Shown here one piece after another: positions 38,943 to 48,431 of a stretch of 52,684 nucleotides of DNA. The translations under genes and the position numbers were made by a program. A model generated the notes under the pieces. That model was not told the origin of the DNA, searched no databases, and saw nothing but the letters and a program-made list of their open reading frames with translations. Numbering within the stretch: position 1 is the stretch's first letter; each line of letters starts with the position of its first letter. The DNA lies in the IMG/VR virus record IMGVR_UViG_3300043270_000010, positions 1-52,684 of that record, one strand, 5' to 3'. This DNA is from a virus (taxonomy: Duplodnaviria > Caudoviricetes).

Positions 38943-40716
38943 CCGCCCCCACGTCCTCCGTGTCGGTGATGTGCAGGCCGAACCAGGCCGCTGCCTGCCA
39001 CGGGTCGGCCGCCTGCCATCCGAGCTGGTCGAGCGTCACCGCGAACACTTCCGCCGCCGCCTGCGCGAGCCGGTCGCGGCTGACCCTCAGCTCCGTCAGC
39101 CGGTCGGCCGCCCGCGCCGGAAGGTCGGCGTTCGCGACGTCCGCGAACCCGTCCAGGCACTCCGGGCACGTCCGCTTCGCGCTCCGTATGAGCGCCCCCG
39201 CCGCCGCCCTGGCCCGCTGCGTCGCGTACCGCACCGCCCGGTCGCGGAGCTCCGCCTCCGCCGCGGGCGCCTGCTCCGCCGGCGTGTCGTCCTCGGCGGG
39301 CGGCTCCTCCTCCGCCTCCGGCTCGGGTTCCTCGCCGGTGCCGACCGTCGCGTCCCGCAGCTGGATCGCCCGCCACCAGTCCAGCTCCTCCCCCTCCATC
39401 CGGTCGGCTTCGCCCCAGCCGTTCGCGTCCAACGTCGCCTCGCCACTGAGGAGGCCGTCGTGGTGCAGCTGCATCGCCGTCTTGCCGCGGTCGGGATCGT
39501 TCACGAAGCCGCTGTTGTCCCAGGCGACGACGACCTGCTTCGCCTGCGCCGCCGACATGCCGTTCGCCCGCAGCAGCGGCCGCAGGTAGACGTTCGCGAC
39601 GTCCGCCGCGTACCTCCCGACGGTCGGCTCGATGTGCTCCCACTTCTCGTCGTCGTTCTTCCAGGCGTTCCAGTGGTTGAGGTTCCCGATCCCCGTCAGC
39701 GCCGCGATCGGCATCTCCAGCGCGATCGCGATCCGCTCGATCAGCGACTTCTCCCGCTGACTCGTGAACATGGCGTTCGCGACCGGGTCGTGCGTGTGCA
39801 GGATGCGGAACTTGTCCGGCGCGAGCAGGTCGGCCGGTGCCCTGATGACACCCGGGACGCTCGCGGACGCGCTGCCCGGGTCGCCGATGGCCGTCATCAT
39901 CAGGTCGCCGATGTACTCCGTAAACGGCTCGACCTCCGGGTCGTCGCCCTCCATCGCCTGCGCCTCCGCCCCCGGCGGCGACCAGTCGATCTCCTTCGGG
40001 ATCAGGAGCAGGCCGTTGTCCGCGATCCGGTTCTGGATGTCGGCGCGCTCCCCCATCGTCAGCCACCACAGCTGCTCGTACAGGTCGAGGATCGGCCTGA
40101 CCGGGCTGTCCGCGAGGCCGCTGTGCATCGGGTGCGGCCGCCAGAACCTCCACATCCGCATCTGCCCCGGCCCCGGGTCGCCGCCGCCGTCGGCGCTGCT
40201 GATGTTCTCGTACTCGACGGCCCCCCCGGCCCCGTAGCTGCTACGGACGATCTTCCGGTCCTCGTCCGTGAGCCTGACCTCCAGGGTGCTGAGGAACTCC
40301 CACACCGGGTCGTCGCCCGGCTGCGCCGTCGCCGGGAGGCTCTGGCATAGGCGGCCCTCCCCGATCAAGAACGTGAGTAGTCCGTAGCGGGGCGCGACGA
40401 GGTTGATCGGCTCCATCGCGTCGGCCGCGAGGCCGTCCTCGATCTCGACCGGGTTGCCCTTCTCGTCGAGCGTGGCCGCGTAGAACCTGACCTTGCCCAT
40501 GCCGCGCTCGAAGAAGTGCGCCGGGTTCCAGCACTCCCCGAGGAGGCTGTAGTAGCCGAGCGCCCGCCTCTGCCAATCCTGCGCGCCCGCCTGCCGCGCC
40601 GCCGCCGTCTCCGGCGCCCCTGCCTCCGCGGCGGTCGCGGAAGCTACCAGCGCCCTCCTGCTGCTATGCAGGTGGAGGCTGCCGCTGCGGGTTCGTCGTG
40701 GGATGAGGGGCGGCAC
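38914..40716 (-). CDS. Portal protein
   Basis: WQ..A..YY...GE, WRPHP....ADSP, NGLLLIP.E, R.A.ALE.P...LTG....NHW.AW. Confidence 0.88.
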   Translation of the reverse strand: MPPLIPRRTRSGSLHLHSSRRALVASATAAEAGAPETAAARQAGAQDWQRRALGYYSLLGECWNPAHFFERGMGKVRFYAATLDEKGNPVEIEDGLAADAMEPINLVAPRYGLLTFLIGEGRLCQSLPATAQPGDDPVWEFLSTLEVRLTDEDRKIVRSSYGAGGAVEYENISSADGGGDPGPGQMRMWRFWRPHPMHSGLADSPVRPILDLYEQLWWLTMGERADIQNRIADNGLLLIPKEIDWSPPGAEAQAMEGDDPEVEPFTEYIGDLMMTAIGDPGSASASVPGVIRAPADLLAPDKFRILHTHDPVANAMFTSQREKSLIERIAIALEMPIAALTGIGNLNHWNAWKNDDEKWEHIEPTVGRYAADVANVYLRPLLRANGMSAAQAKQVVVAWDNSGFVNDPDRGKTAMQLHHDGLLSGEATLDANGWGEADRMEGEELDWWRAIQLRDATVGTGEEPEPEAEEEPPAEDDTPAEQAPAAEAELRDRAVRYATQRARAAAGALIRSAKRTCPECLDGFADVANADLPARAADRLTELRVSRDRLAQAAAEVFAVTLDQLGWQAADPWQAAAWFGLHITDTEDVGADAVRVVRSG

Positions 40717-40764
40717 CTACGCGCCGCCCCCGCCCTTGCCCTTCTTCTTCCCACAGTTGCACAT
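40717..40764 (-). CDS. 15-aa Cys/Lys microprotein MCNCGKKKGKGGGGA
   Basis: GGAGG RBS, TACACT -10-like upstream, stop directly abuts the portal GTG. Confidence 0.5.
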   Translation of the reverse strand: MCNCGKKKGKGGGGA

Positions 40765-40826
40765 CGGGCGACCTCCGTTCGTGAGACAGAGCTTTGCGCC
40801 TCTCAGTGTACGGCCGCCGCCGCCTG

Positions 40827-41126
40827 CTACTCGCCGCTGAGGAACCGGTCGATCGCGATGACCGCCGTCGAGAGCGTGAACGGCGTCGCCGCCACCAGCG
40901 CCCAATCCCCGGCCGCCCAGTACGCACCGCACCACGCGAGCGCGATCCAGAAGCCGGAGCAGTACGGGCACTCCAGCCACTCCTCCCACGTCTCCCGCCG
41001 CCCGCCGCCGTCGGTGACGAGGAGACGCGCTCGCGCCTCGACCAGCAGTTCGTCGTGCGCGAGCAGCTGCCACGTCCTCCACGCCGCCGCCGCCAGCAGC
41101 AGCAGCCCGATCCACGTCGGGATCAT
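40827..41126 (-). CDS. DUF1360-like membrane protein
   Basis: A.WR...L...D, L.CPYCSGFW, TM helices. Confidence 0.8.
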   Translation of the reverse strand: MIPTWIGLLLLAAAAWRTWQLLAHDELLVEARARLLVTDGGGRRETWEEWLECPYCSGFWIALAWCGAYWAAGDWALVAATPFTLSTAVIAIDRFLSGE

Positions 41127-41911
41127 GCCGACTCCGCCGGGTCGTAGACCAGCTCGTCGTCGTCCGCCGGGTTCCGCTTGAAGAACCAGCGGTCGAAGTG
41201 CTCGCGCAGCGCGTCGTCGTCCTCGACGTGCTGCCACATCCGCCAGTGCCGCCCGATCGTCGCCGGGAGGTCGGTCGCCGCGTACGCCTCCGCGCCGTTG
41301 CGGATCTTGCGGACGTACTGCTCCGGCGTCCGCCAGCTGTAGTGACGGATGGCGAGGCCGCGATCGAGCGTCATCGCGTGCGTGTTTGGTCCGTAGTCGG
41401 CGCAGTGGTTGCCCATGTGGATGCTGAGCGCCGGGTGCGTCCTGGCCGCGACCTTTGGCAACGCCCCCGGCTCCCGGAGCCTCCACCCGAGCCTGCGGAA
41501 AGGGTTGCCCTCCTCTGCGTCGTCGGCGTCGGTGGGGACATGGTTGTAGAGGGCCGCCGTCACGATCTGCACGTCCGGCCCCATCGACGACAGGTACGCG
41601 GCGATGTTCCCGCCCGGCGCCTCCCACCGCTCGTCCGCGTCGCACGGCACGACCCAGGCGTGGCCGTCCTCGAGCGCCCTCCTGGCGAGCCGCGTCGTCT
41701 TGCGCGCCTGCCAGTACCCGACCTCGGCGTCGTACTCGGCTTGCAGCCAGCCGTGGTCGCGCGCCGCCATCGCGAGCAGCTGCTTCGTCGTGCCGTCGGT
41801 GCTTCGGTTGTCGAGGACGTAGCAGGCGTCCACCTGCCCGCGCAGGTGGTCCAGCGTGCACTCCAGGATGTCGGCCTCGTCGCGGACGAGCATAACCGCC
41901 GCGACGCTCAT
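41123..41911 (-). CDS. GT2-like glycosyltransferase
   Basis: MLVRDEADI, DNRSTDGT, WVVPCDADE, HMGNH, RHYSWR...KI.NG. Confidence 0.85.
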   Translation of the reverse strand: MSVAAVMLVRDEADILECTLDHLRGQVDACYVLDNRSTDGTTKQLLAMAARDHGWLQAEYDAEVGYWQARKTTRLARRALEDGHAWVVPCDADERWEAPGGNIAAYLSSMGPDVQIVTAALYNHVPTDADDAEEGNPFRRLGWRLREPGALPKVAARTHPALSIHMGNHCADYGPNTHAMTLDRGLAIRHYSWRTPEQYVRKIRNGAEAYAATDLPATIGRHWRMWQHVEDDDALREHFDRWFFKRNPADDDELVYDPAESA

Positions 41912-42135
41912 CAGTTCCCGCCCGGGTTCGGCGGCAGCCTCGGCAGCTCGCCCCCGGCGAGGACGATGCCTCCCGTCAGCATCTTGACCAATTCGTCGCG
42001 GGCGTCGCGTCCGATGTCGAGAATCAGCTGGTCGCCGTACGCGCGGTCGGTGAGGACGATCCTCCACACGTCCTCGCCCCCCGCCGGGCGCTCGACACCG
42101 ATGTGCTGGTTCGTCAGGTGCGTCCGCTTCGGCAC
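41911..42135 (-). CDS. Hypothetical protein
   Basis: GGGAGG RBS plus GTG; TGATG coupling. Confidence 0.55.
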   Translation of the reverse strand: MPKRTHLTNQHIGVERPAGGEDVWRIVLTDRAYGDQLILDIGRDARDELVKMLTGGIVLAGGELPRLPPNPGGN

Positions 42136-42151
42136 CCTGCCCCCCCTCCCG

Positions 42152-42355
42152 TTAGTTCCACGGCGCCGCCTCCTTACGTCGCCGCTCCTGGTCGGCCCGT
42201 AGCTGCGCGGCGGCCGCTTGCAGCGCGTCGGAGTAGATGTCGAAGGCGTGCCGCGAGACGGTGCGCGCGTCGGCAGGCATGATCGCGAACGCGAGCACAA
42301 GCCGCAGCGCGTCCCACGCGGAGCGCAGCTTGAGCGTCGCCTCCGCCGTCGTCAT
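42152..42355 (-). CDS. Hypothetical protein
   Basis: AGGAGG RBS; ATGA coupling. Confidence 0.6.
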   Translation of the reverse strand: MTTAEATLKLRSAWDALRLVLAFAIMPADARTVSRHAFDIYSDALQAAAAQLRADQERRRKEAAPWN

Positions 42356-42963
42356 TCGTACCTCCTGAATGCCAGCCCTGAACGGCGGAAGTGGTTGTAC
42401 GGGTCAGTGTTCATGCTTGCGAAGCCGCGCGCCTGCGCCGTCAGCGTCTCGTCGAACTGATAGCCGACGGCGGCGAGCGCTCCTTTCCAGTAGTCGGCGG
42501 GCTGGTTGTTCACGTGGTGCCAGCCGGGCTGCCCGGGTTCGCCGTGCGTCATCAGCACGTAGCGGGCGCAGGCGAACGTCGCGAGGAAGTTCGGGACGTA
42601 CCGTTCCTCGACGTGCTCGACGAACTCGCATGACCACACCAAATCGAACTCGGCCAGGCCATCCAGGCTCGTGGTGGCGCCGTCCTCGTCGTAGATGCTC
42701 CACGGCCCGGTCGCGTAATCGTGCGTGACGACGTCCCGGTCGTCCTGCTCGATGCCGTCCACGCCGATGACGCGGCAGCCCTGGTCGCGGAAGTAGCGGA
42801 GCGCGTGCCCCTCTCCACAGCCGATGTCGATGACGCTGCGGACCTCCCACGTGTCCACCAGCCAGTCCCACAGGCCCGGGTAGTACGTCGCCCGGTCGCC
42901 TCCCACGACGTACCCGCCTAGATGCCCGTCCGTCATCATCCCGTGCTTCACCTCGCGTGCCAT
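42352..42963 (-). CDS. Class I SAM-dependent methyltransferase (glycan-type)
   Basis: SVIDIGCGEG, GVDG, FDLVWSCEFVEH, PGQPGWHHVN. Confidence 0.88.
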   Translation of the reverse strand: MAREVKHGMMTDGHLGGYVVGGDRATYYPGLWDWLVDTWEVRSVIDIGCGEGHALRYFRDQGCRVIGVDGIEQDDRDVVTHDYATGPWSIYDEDGATTSLDGLAEFDLVWSCEFVEHVEERYVPNFLATFACARYVLMTHGEPGQPGWHHVNNQPADYWKGALAAVGYQFDETLTAQARGFASMNTDPYNHFRRSGLAFRRYE

Positions 42964-42972
42964 ACCCCTCCG

Positions 42973-43656
42973 TCAGTAGCCATGCCCGGTGCGGGTGCCA
43001 TCGTGCCTGACCCATTCCTCCCCGGCGCCCCAAACGCCAAAGTCGTATCCGCGCGGCAGAAGGTCCGCCGTGTACCGGCCCTCGCATTCGCTCGGCCACG
43101 CCCCCCACGGGCACGCCCTCATGAACGCCGCCCGCATCAGACTCGGGTTCGTCGTGAAGTACGCCCGATGGCGCAGCCACGGGAACGCCTGCGGAACGGT
43201 CGGCAGGTTCGTGTGCTCCGGCGTGTAGTCGCCCTTCCGGAGCTCGTACAGCCCCCCGGCGGCCTCCTCCAGCCGGTTCGCTGCCGTCCGCATCAGCGCC
43301 ATCTGCGCGAGCCGCCGGTCGGCGTCGAGCTGCCCGGCGAGGAAGTGTAGATCGACGGGTCGTAGGAACGTAAAGTCGTTCTCCAGCCAGAACACGAAGT
43401 CGAGCTTGTAGCGCTCCGCCGCCTCCGCGGCCGCCCTCCACAGGCGGCGCGTGGTCGCGCAGAACCCCTCCCGCGTCGGCGTCTGCGTCGTCTCCCACGC
43501 GCCGCCCTGGCGTATCGGCGGCAACGTCGCGTCGGCGCCGTCCACGGCTGCGATCCGGTGCGCCGGGTGCGGCTTGACCATCTCCGAGAAGCTGTCGAGC
43601 GTCGCCTCCAGCGTCGGCGCCTGCCCGTGCGTGATGAGCGCGAGCAGGTACCTCAC
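42973..43656 (-). CDS. GT-A-fold glycosyltransferase
   Basis: GFC, VFWLENDF, AQMAL.R, FTTNPSL, V.H.G..R.G.GY. Confidence 0.7.
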   Translation of the reverse strand: MRYLLALITHGQAPTLEATLDSFSEMVKPHPAHRIAAVDGADATLPPIRQGGAWETTQTPTREGFCATTRRLWRAAAEAAERYKLDFVFWLENDFTFLRPVDLHFLAGQLDADRRLAQMALMRTAANRLEEAAGGLYELRKGDYTPEHTNLPTVPQAFPWLRHRAYFTTNPSLMRAAFMRACPWGAWPSECEGRYTADLLPRGYDFGVWGAGEEWVRHDGTRTGHGY

Positions 43657-43856
43657 GTCTTCTTGACCACGGGAGTGCCCGGGAAGATCCGGCGTGCCAT
43701 CCCGGCCGCGTACTTCTCCTCCACATACCCCTCGCCGCTTGTCGCGACGATCCTGCCGTTCCCCGCGATCGCCCGCCACCTGTACTCGCCGCGGTCGTCC
43801 TCGTACACCTGGACAGTCTCGACCGGGTTCGTCTCGCTCGCCGCCGTCTCGCTCAT
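43653..43856 (-). CDS. DUF1508/YegP-like protein
   Basis: YEDDRGEYRWR..AGNGRIVATSGEGY. Confidence 0.85.
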   Translation of the reverse strand: MSETAASETNPVETVQVYEDDRGEYRWRAIAGNGRIVATSGEGYVEEKYAAGMARRIFPGTPVVKKT

Positions 43857-43870
43857 CGCTCCTCCCTCCT

Positions 43871-44530
43871 TCACGCCGCGTCCTCGTACAGCTCGGGGAA
43901 CACAGCCCGCCGGATCTCGTCATGCGCGCGCAGCTTCGCGTTCCTGCCCCCGGCGTGGTTGCGGCTCGGCCCCGTCCCCGCCGGTCGCCTCCACGCCCTG
44001 TACACCGCGCCCGGCACCCTAACGACCCGCGCGCCCGCTTTCTGCGCCCGCGCGAACAGCGCCCAGTCCTCGTACATCGTCCACTCCTCGAACCCTCCGA
44101 TGGCGTGGAATAGGTCGGAGGTGATCGCGGTGCCGACCACGAGCCAGTTGCCGTCCCGGTACGGCACCTCGTTCATGAACCTCGGCGGCTGCGCCCTGCC
44201 AGGCCGGGTGACACGCTCGACCCTCGGCGTCAGCAGCGGCGCCGGGTCGCCGTCGGACCTCGCGGCGCGCATGGCGGCGATGTAGCCGGGCGCCAGCTCG
44301 TCGTCGGCGTCGAGGAACACGAGCCAGCGCGCCCCCTCCCCGGCTGCGAACATGGCGCCTGCGTTCCTGGCGCCCGCGAGCGTGTCCGCGTGGACGTGGT
44401 ACGTGGACGCCTGCGGCATCGCGCTCGCGAGCGCCCGCTCCCTCGCCAGCGTGACCCACTCCTCCCCGCCGTAGGTGCCGACGACTACCGCCACGTCCGT
44501 CATGGTTCCGCCGTGTTCTAGCAGGATCAT
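43871..44530 (-). CDS. GT2 glycosyltransferase
   Basis: ARNAGA, WLVFLDADDEL, F.AIGGF, YEDW. Confidence 0.88.
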   Translation of the reverse strand: MILLEHGGTMTDVAVVVGTYGGEEWVTLARERALASAMPQASTYHVHADTLAGARNAGAMFAAGEGARWLVFLDADDELAPGYIAAMRAARSDGDPAPLLTPRVERVTRPGRAQPPRFMNEVPYRDGNWLVVGTAITSDLFHAIGGFEEWTMYEDWALFARAQKAGARVVRVPGAVYRAWRRPAGTGPSRNHAGGRNAKLRAHDEIRRAVFPELYEDAA

Positions 44531-45216
44531 CGGATGCGTGTCCGGCGCCGGTCGCGGCGGAAGCTGTTGAGCCGCTGCCTGAACATCTGCCGGTCGCGGT
44601 GGAAGCCGCTGAGGCCGAGCCGGTACGTGTCGTCGTCGTCGGCGCCGCCGCAGTTCGGATGAAGATGCTCGATCACCGCGCCGCTGCGGACGAACTCTCG
44701 TCGTATGACGGCCGTCTGCACCAGCTCGTCGTCCACGAAGTTGTGCTCGTACCCCTCGTGCAGCATCTTCCCCGGCTCGTCGGCGGTGCCGTGCTCCTCG
44801 ATGTAGCTGCGCGCCACCAGCGAGTGCGTACTGTGGCGGCCCCGCATGACGCGCGGGTTGCACCGATCGTCGGTGCCGATGACGCGGCAGCCCGTCCGTT
44901 CCGCGGCGTCGAGCGCCGCCTCCTGCCAGCCCGCGCGGAAGCGGAGGTCGTCGGCCGCCATCAGGAGCCACGGCTCGCCCGTGAGGCGGACGCCCGCGTT
45001 GATCTTGCGGGCGTAGTCGCCCCGCGCCGCGGGCGGGAACGTGTGGACCTCGACGTGCTCCCAACGCCGCGCCGCCTGGTCGCACGCCCGGACCTGCTCC
45101 CGGTCGCCGCGGGTCGCGAGGAACAGCAGCCTGGCCACGCTCGTCTCCCGCAGGCTCGCCGTGACCGTCTCCGCGTTCGCCGGGCGTCCTAGGACCGGCA
45201 CTAGGACGGCGATCAG
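44527..45216 (-). CDS. GT2-like glycosyltransferase (start uncertain, possibly CTG at 45216)
   Basis: IAVLVPV, YARKINAG, LMAADDL.F, HNFVDDEL, EHLHP. Confidence 0.8.
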   Translation of the reverse strand: MIAVLVPVLGRPANAETVTASLRETSVARLLFLATRGDREQVRACDQAARRWEHVEVHTFPPAARGDYARKINAGVRLTGEPWLLMAADDLRFRAGWQEAALDAAERTGCRVIGTDDRCNPRVMRGRHSTHSLVARSYIEEHGTADEPGKMLHEGYEHNFVDDELVQTAVIRREFVRSGAVIEHLHPNCGGADDDDTYRLGLSGFHRDRQMFRQRLNSFRRDRRRTRIR

Positions 45217-45443
45217 CAGACCGGGATTCTGAGCCTCAGCTCCCGCGCCCACTCCTCCACCTGTCTCCTCGCCCGCCCCGTCAACCACGGCACCGTGAGC
45301 GTGTCCACATAGCCTCTAGCGTACGCCGCCCTCATCAGCGCCGCCGCCTCCGCCTGCGTCACCGGGAAGTCCTCCGCGCCGCCACGGAAGTCCGCGAGCA
45401 GCTCCGCGACGCCCCGCTGCGCCCACTCCTCCGCGTCGCTCAC
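45213..45443 (-). CDS. Hypothetical protein
   Basis: GAGGAG RBS plus GTGA coupling. Confidence 0.55.
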   Translation of the reverse strand: MSDAEEWAQRGVAELLADFRGGAEDFPVTQAEAAALMRAAYARGYVDTLTVPWLTGRARRQVEEWARELRLRIPVC

Positions 45444-45739
45444 GCCGCCCACTCCTCGTCGTCCGCTGACGCGGTGAGGTACGTGCGGGCGCTCGGCCGC
45501 AGGTAGCTTGCGAGCGCCGCCCCCATGACGACGATCTCCTCCAGCGTGAAGCGGTCGAGCCAGAAGCGTCGCATCTCCGCCGTCAGCGTCTCCGGCCTGC
45601 GGCGCCTGCGGTGAACTATGCAGCGGGGTCGGACGCGGCCCGCCCTGATGTCGCGGTGCGTGCGGGCGCTTACGTCGTACCTGATGTGGCACACGTCGCA
45701 GACCACCATGACCCGCTGCTCGCTCGGATTGGGCGGCAC
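45440..45739 (-). CDS. Small Zn-binding protein
   Basis: CDVC...C..H; TACGCT -10-like upstream. Confidence 0.55.
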   Translation of the reverse strand: MPPNPSEQRVMVVCDVCHIRYDVSARTHRDIRAGRVRPRCIVHRRRRRPETLTAEMRRFWLDRFTLEEIVVMGAALASYLRPSARTYLTASADDEEWAA

Positions 45740-45769
45740 GGCGTGCGAGCGTAGCGCACGCCGCGGATG

Positions 45770-47494
45770 TCAGGCCGGGAGCGCCGCCGGGCGCGGCTTC
45801 CTGCCGCGCGGCTTCGCGAGCGTCCCGCCCGGCTGCCCATGCTGCCGCGTCCAGTTCACCATCAGGCTCCACGCGTCCACCTGGTCGTCGTGGCTGCCGC
45901 TGTCGAACACGGCGAGCTCCTCCACGAACGCTTGCACGTCCGCCGGCGTGCGGGCGTCGTAGTCCGTCTGCTCCTCGTTCGCGTAGCCCGGCAGGATGCA
46001 GTTCCGGCCGTCGAGCGCCGGGCTGGCGCTGTCGGCCCGCTGCCACTTCGTGCCCTTCGCGTCCCACGGGATAACGCCCTGCACACGCCCCCGGATTTCC
46101 GCAATCGCGTCGGCCCCGTTCGCCGCCGTCTCGATCACGATCCGGCTCGGCGTGCGCGGCCAGATGTCCTGCACCCACGCCGCCATCGTAAGCATCGCCT
46201 CGATCGTCTCGTTCAGCCCCGCCCGCTCATGGTAGAGCCGGAGCAGCCAACGGTTCGCGAAGTCCACCCCCCACGCCTGCCCGCTGACGTAGTCGCTGTG
46301 AGCGCGGTCCTTCACGCTCGTGTCCCACGTCGTGACGATGCTCTGGAACCGCGGCAACCTTAGCTCCGCCGTCTCCCGGCTGAACCGCTCCCTCCCGTAG
46401 AAACTCGCGTCGGGCGGGTAGTAGCGCCACAGCGCCCGCTTGAGAAGGTTGCCCTCCTTCGGCGCCGGTGTCTGCTGGTACTGCCCCGCGAACTTGCTCG
46501 CGCTCATCTCCGCCGTCTTGTCCGCGAGCTGCGCCTCCCCCATGTACGTCGGCGCGAGCAGCTCCCCCGGCCGGGTGCGCGGGTCCCCGGCGACGGTGCG
46601 GCCGCTCGGCATCGTCGCCTGCTTCGGATACAGGTACTTGTGCTTCGGGTCGTATCGGACGGGCAGGCACAGGTGCGTCCAGCGGTCGGCGTCCGGGTCG
46701 TGCCGGAGGAGGAAGCCGATCAGGTCGTCCTCGTGGATGCGCTGCCCGATCACGATCTTCACGCCCGGCCGGTCGATGCTGTCATCGAGCCGGTGCGCGA
46801 ACGTGTCGCCCCACCACTCCGCCGCCGTCCGCAGCTGCCCCTCGCTCTCCGCCTCCTGCGCGTTGTGTGGGTCGTCGAGCTGGAGGACGCGTGCGCGGTC
46901 TCCGGTGCCGCCGCCGACGTGCGTGCGGATGCGGCCGCCGCCGACCGTGTTCGAGTAGCGTGTCTTGAGGTTCTCGTCGCGGCTGAACTCCCACGCGCCC
47001 CTCACGAACCGCTCCTGGTACCAGTCGCGCGTCATGAGCGCCCGGCTGCGGCGCGTGTCGCGAGTCGCGAGGTCGTCGCTATGGCTGGCGCTGAGGATCG
47101 TTTCCGCCGGATCCACCGCCCACGCCCACGCCGGGCCAAGGACGCTGATGATCGTGCTCTTGAGGAACCCCGGCGGCAACGTGACGAGGAGCCTCGTGAT
47201 GTCCCGCTCGACGGCCGCCTGGTAGTGCTCGCAGATCGTGTCGATGTGCCACGTCGGCACGAGCGGCGTCGGCCACACGAGATGCCAGCTCGCCCTGACG
47301 AACGCCCGGAAGTCGCTTCGCAGGCGGGCCGCCTCGTCCGCGAGCTGCTCCCCCCGGTCGCGCCGGTCGAGCGCTGCCCGCACCTCCTCCGTGACGGCGC
47401 GCAGGCGGAAGCTGGCGGCCTCCTCCTGCGTCGCCGGGGGCTGCCCGTGCCTGTTGCCCTCCGCCGCCTCGTGTGCCGTCTCAGGCGCTCTCAT
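45770..47494 (-). CDS. terL: Terminase large subunit
   Basis: LPPGFLKST (Walker A), LDDPH (Walker B), QYQQ.P, WDTS.K, HDDQVDA nuclease motif. Confidence 0.95.
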   Translation of the reverse strand: MRAPETAHEAAEGNRHGQPPATQEEAASFRLRAVTEEVRAALDRRDRGEQLADEAARLRSDFRAFVRASWHLVWPTPLVPTWHIDTICEHYQAAVERDITRLLVTLPPGFLKSTIISVLGPAWAWAVDPAETILSASHSDDLATRDTRRSRALMTRDWYQERFVRGAWEFSRDENLKTRYSNTVGGGRIRTHVGGGTGDRARVLQLDDPHNAQEAESEGQLRTAAEWWGDTFAHRLDDSIDRPGVKIVIGQRIHEDDLIGFLLRHDPDADRWTHLCLPVRYDPKHKYLYPKQATMPSGRTVAGDPRTRPGELLAPTYMGEAQLADKTAEMSASKFAGQYQQTPAPKEGNLLKRALWRYYPPDASFYGRERFSRETAELRLPRFQSIVTTWDTSVKDRAHSDYVSGQAWGVDFANRWLLRLYHERAGLNETIEAMLTMAAWVQDIWPRTPSRIVIETAANGADAIAEIRGRVQGVIPWDAKGTKWQRADSASPALDGRNCILPGYANEEQTDYDARTPADVQAFVEELAVFDSGSHDDQVDAWSLMVNWTRQHGQPGGTLAKPRGRKPRPAALPA

Positions 47495-48023
47495 CGTCTC
47501 CCGCGGTGATCTCCCTCGCCGCGCCGTCCACGATGCCGCCCCCCAGCCCCTCCAACGCCACGAGCAGCGCCTCCAGCTGCTCCCGCGGCAGCTCGTCCAG
47601 CCGCGCCGGGTCCAAGTGCAGGATCACGCCCGACGTCTGCTGGTCGATGCGGATCGCGTTCCGCCGCAGATGCTCGTACCCGCCGACGTGCGTCGCCAGC
47701 TCCACCTCCAGCAGCCGGTCGCTGCCGCCGTTATCCCGGTCGCTCGTCGCCCGCAGCGCCGCCGTTGCCCGCAGCCGGTCGCGGTAGACGGCCATGCCCT
47801 CCTCCTCCGCCGCCTCCACCTGCTCCCGCCACACGGCGTCGCGGCGCCGCAGCCGCCTCATGAACGTGCCCGTCCTCCCAATCGTGCGGGCCGCCAAGTC
47901 CAACCCGACGTGCCCGCGGAGCGCGTCCAGGTACGTCTCCCGCTCCGCCTCCGACAACACGTCCTCCGCCGCCGGAACCTCCGAATGGCCGTCGTGCCCT
48001 ATCAGGGGTTCACGCGCGCGCAC
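47481..48023 (-). CDS. terS: Terminase small subunit
   Basis: Directly upstream of TerL; YLDAL......AA..IG, SDRLL motif. Confidence 0.7.
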   Translation of the reverse strand: MRAREPLIGHDGHSEVPAAEDVLSEAERETYLDALRGHVGLDLAARTIGRTGTFMRRLRRRDAVWREQVEAAEEEGMAVYRDRLRATAALRATSDRDNGGSDRLLEVELATHVGGYEHLRRNAIRIDQQTSGVILHLDPARLDELPREQLEALLVALEGLGGGIVDGAAREITAGDDESA

Positions 48024-48429
48024 GCGACCAGGTTACTCCAGCGCGGCGGGTTCGCGGCCGCTGTTCCGCCCATTCCCGCACCTCCCGTTTGGTGGCGTTG
48101 CCTGGCAGGCCGACTGCTTTGCGCCATGATGAGGGATGCCAAGGCTTGACGAGCATGTCGGGTGGAAGGCACGCGAGGATGGCTCCCTGGACGCGCAGGA
48201 GGGCTCCTGTGCCGTGGTAGCCTGCGGGGTGTTCGATTCCTGTTGCGAGGACGCCCGCGTCGCGCCAGGAGCCGCGTGAGGGCATGTGTGTGCGGACGGT
48301 GCGAGTGCGGTCAAAGGCGTCTTGTCCGTGTAGGGTGCGGCGTTCCCACCGTGGGCCGTCGGCGCCGTCGACGTCGATGAACACGACGTCGACGTGGCGT
48401 GTGCTGTAGTCGATGCCGGCGACGAGCAT
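48010..48429 (-). CDS. RuvC-like resolvase, apparently C-terminally truncated
   Basis: VAGIDYS, GIEHP, P..WRKAVG..GNATK..V; final acidic helix (D..DA) missing. Confidence 0.6.
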   Translation of the reverse strand: MLVAGIDYSTRHVDVVFIDVDGADGPRWERRTLHGQDAFDRTRTVRTHMPSRGSWRDAGVLATGIEHPAGYHGTGALLRVQGAILACLPPDMLVKPWHPSSWRKAVGLPGNATKREVREWAEQRPRTRRAGVTWSRARA

Positions 48430-48431
48430 GG

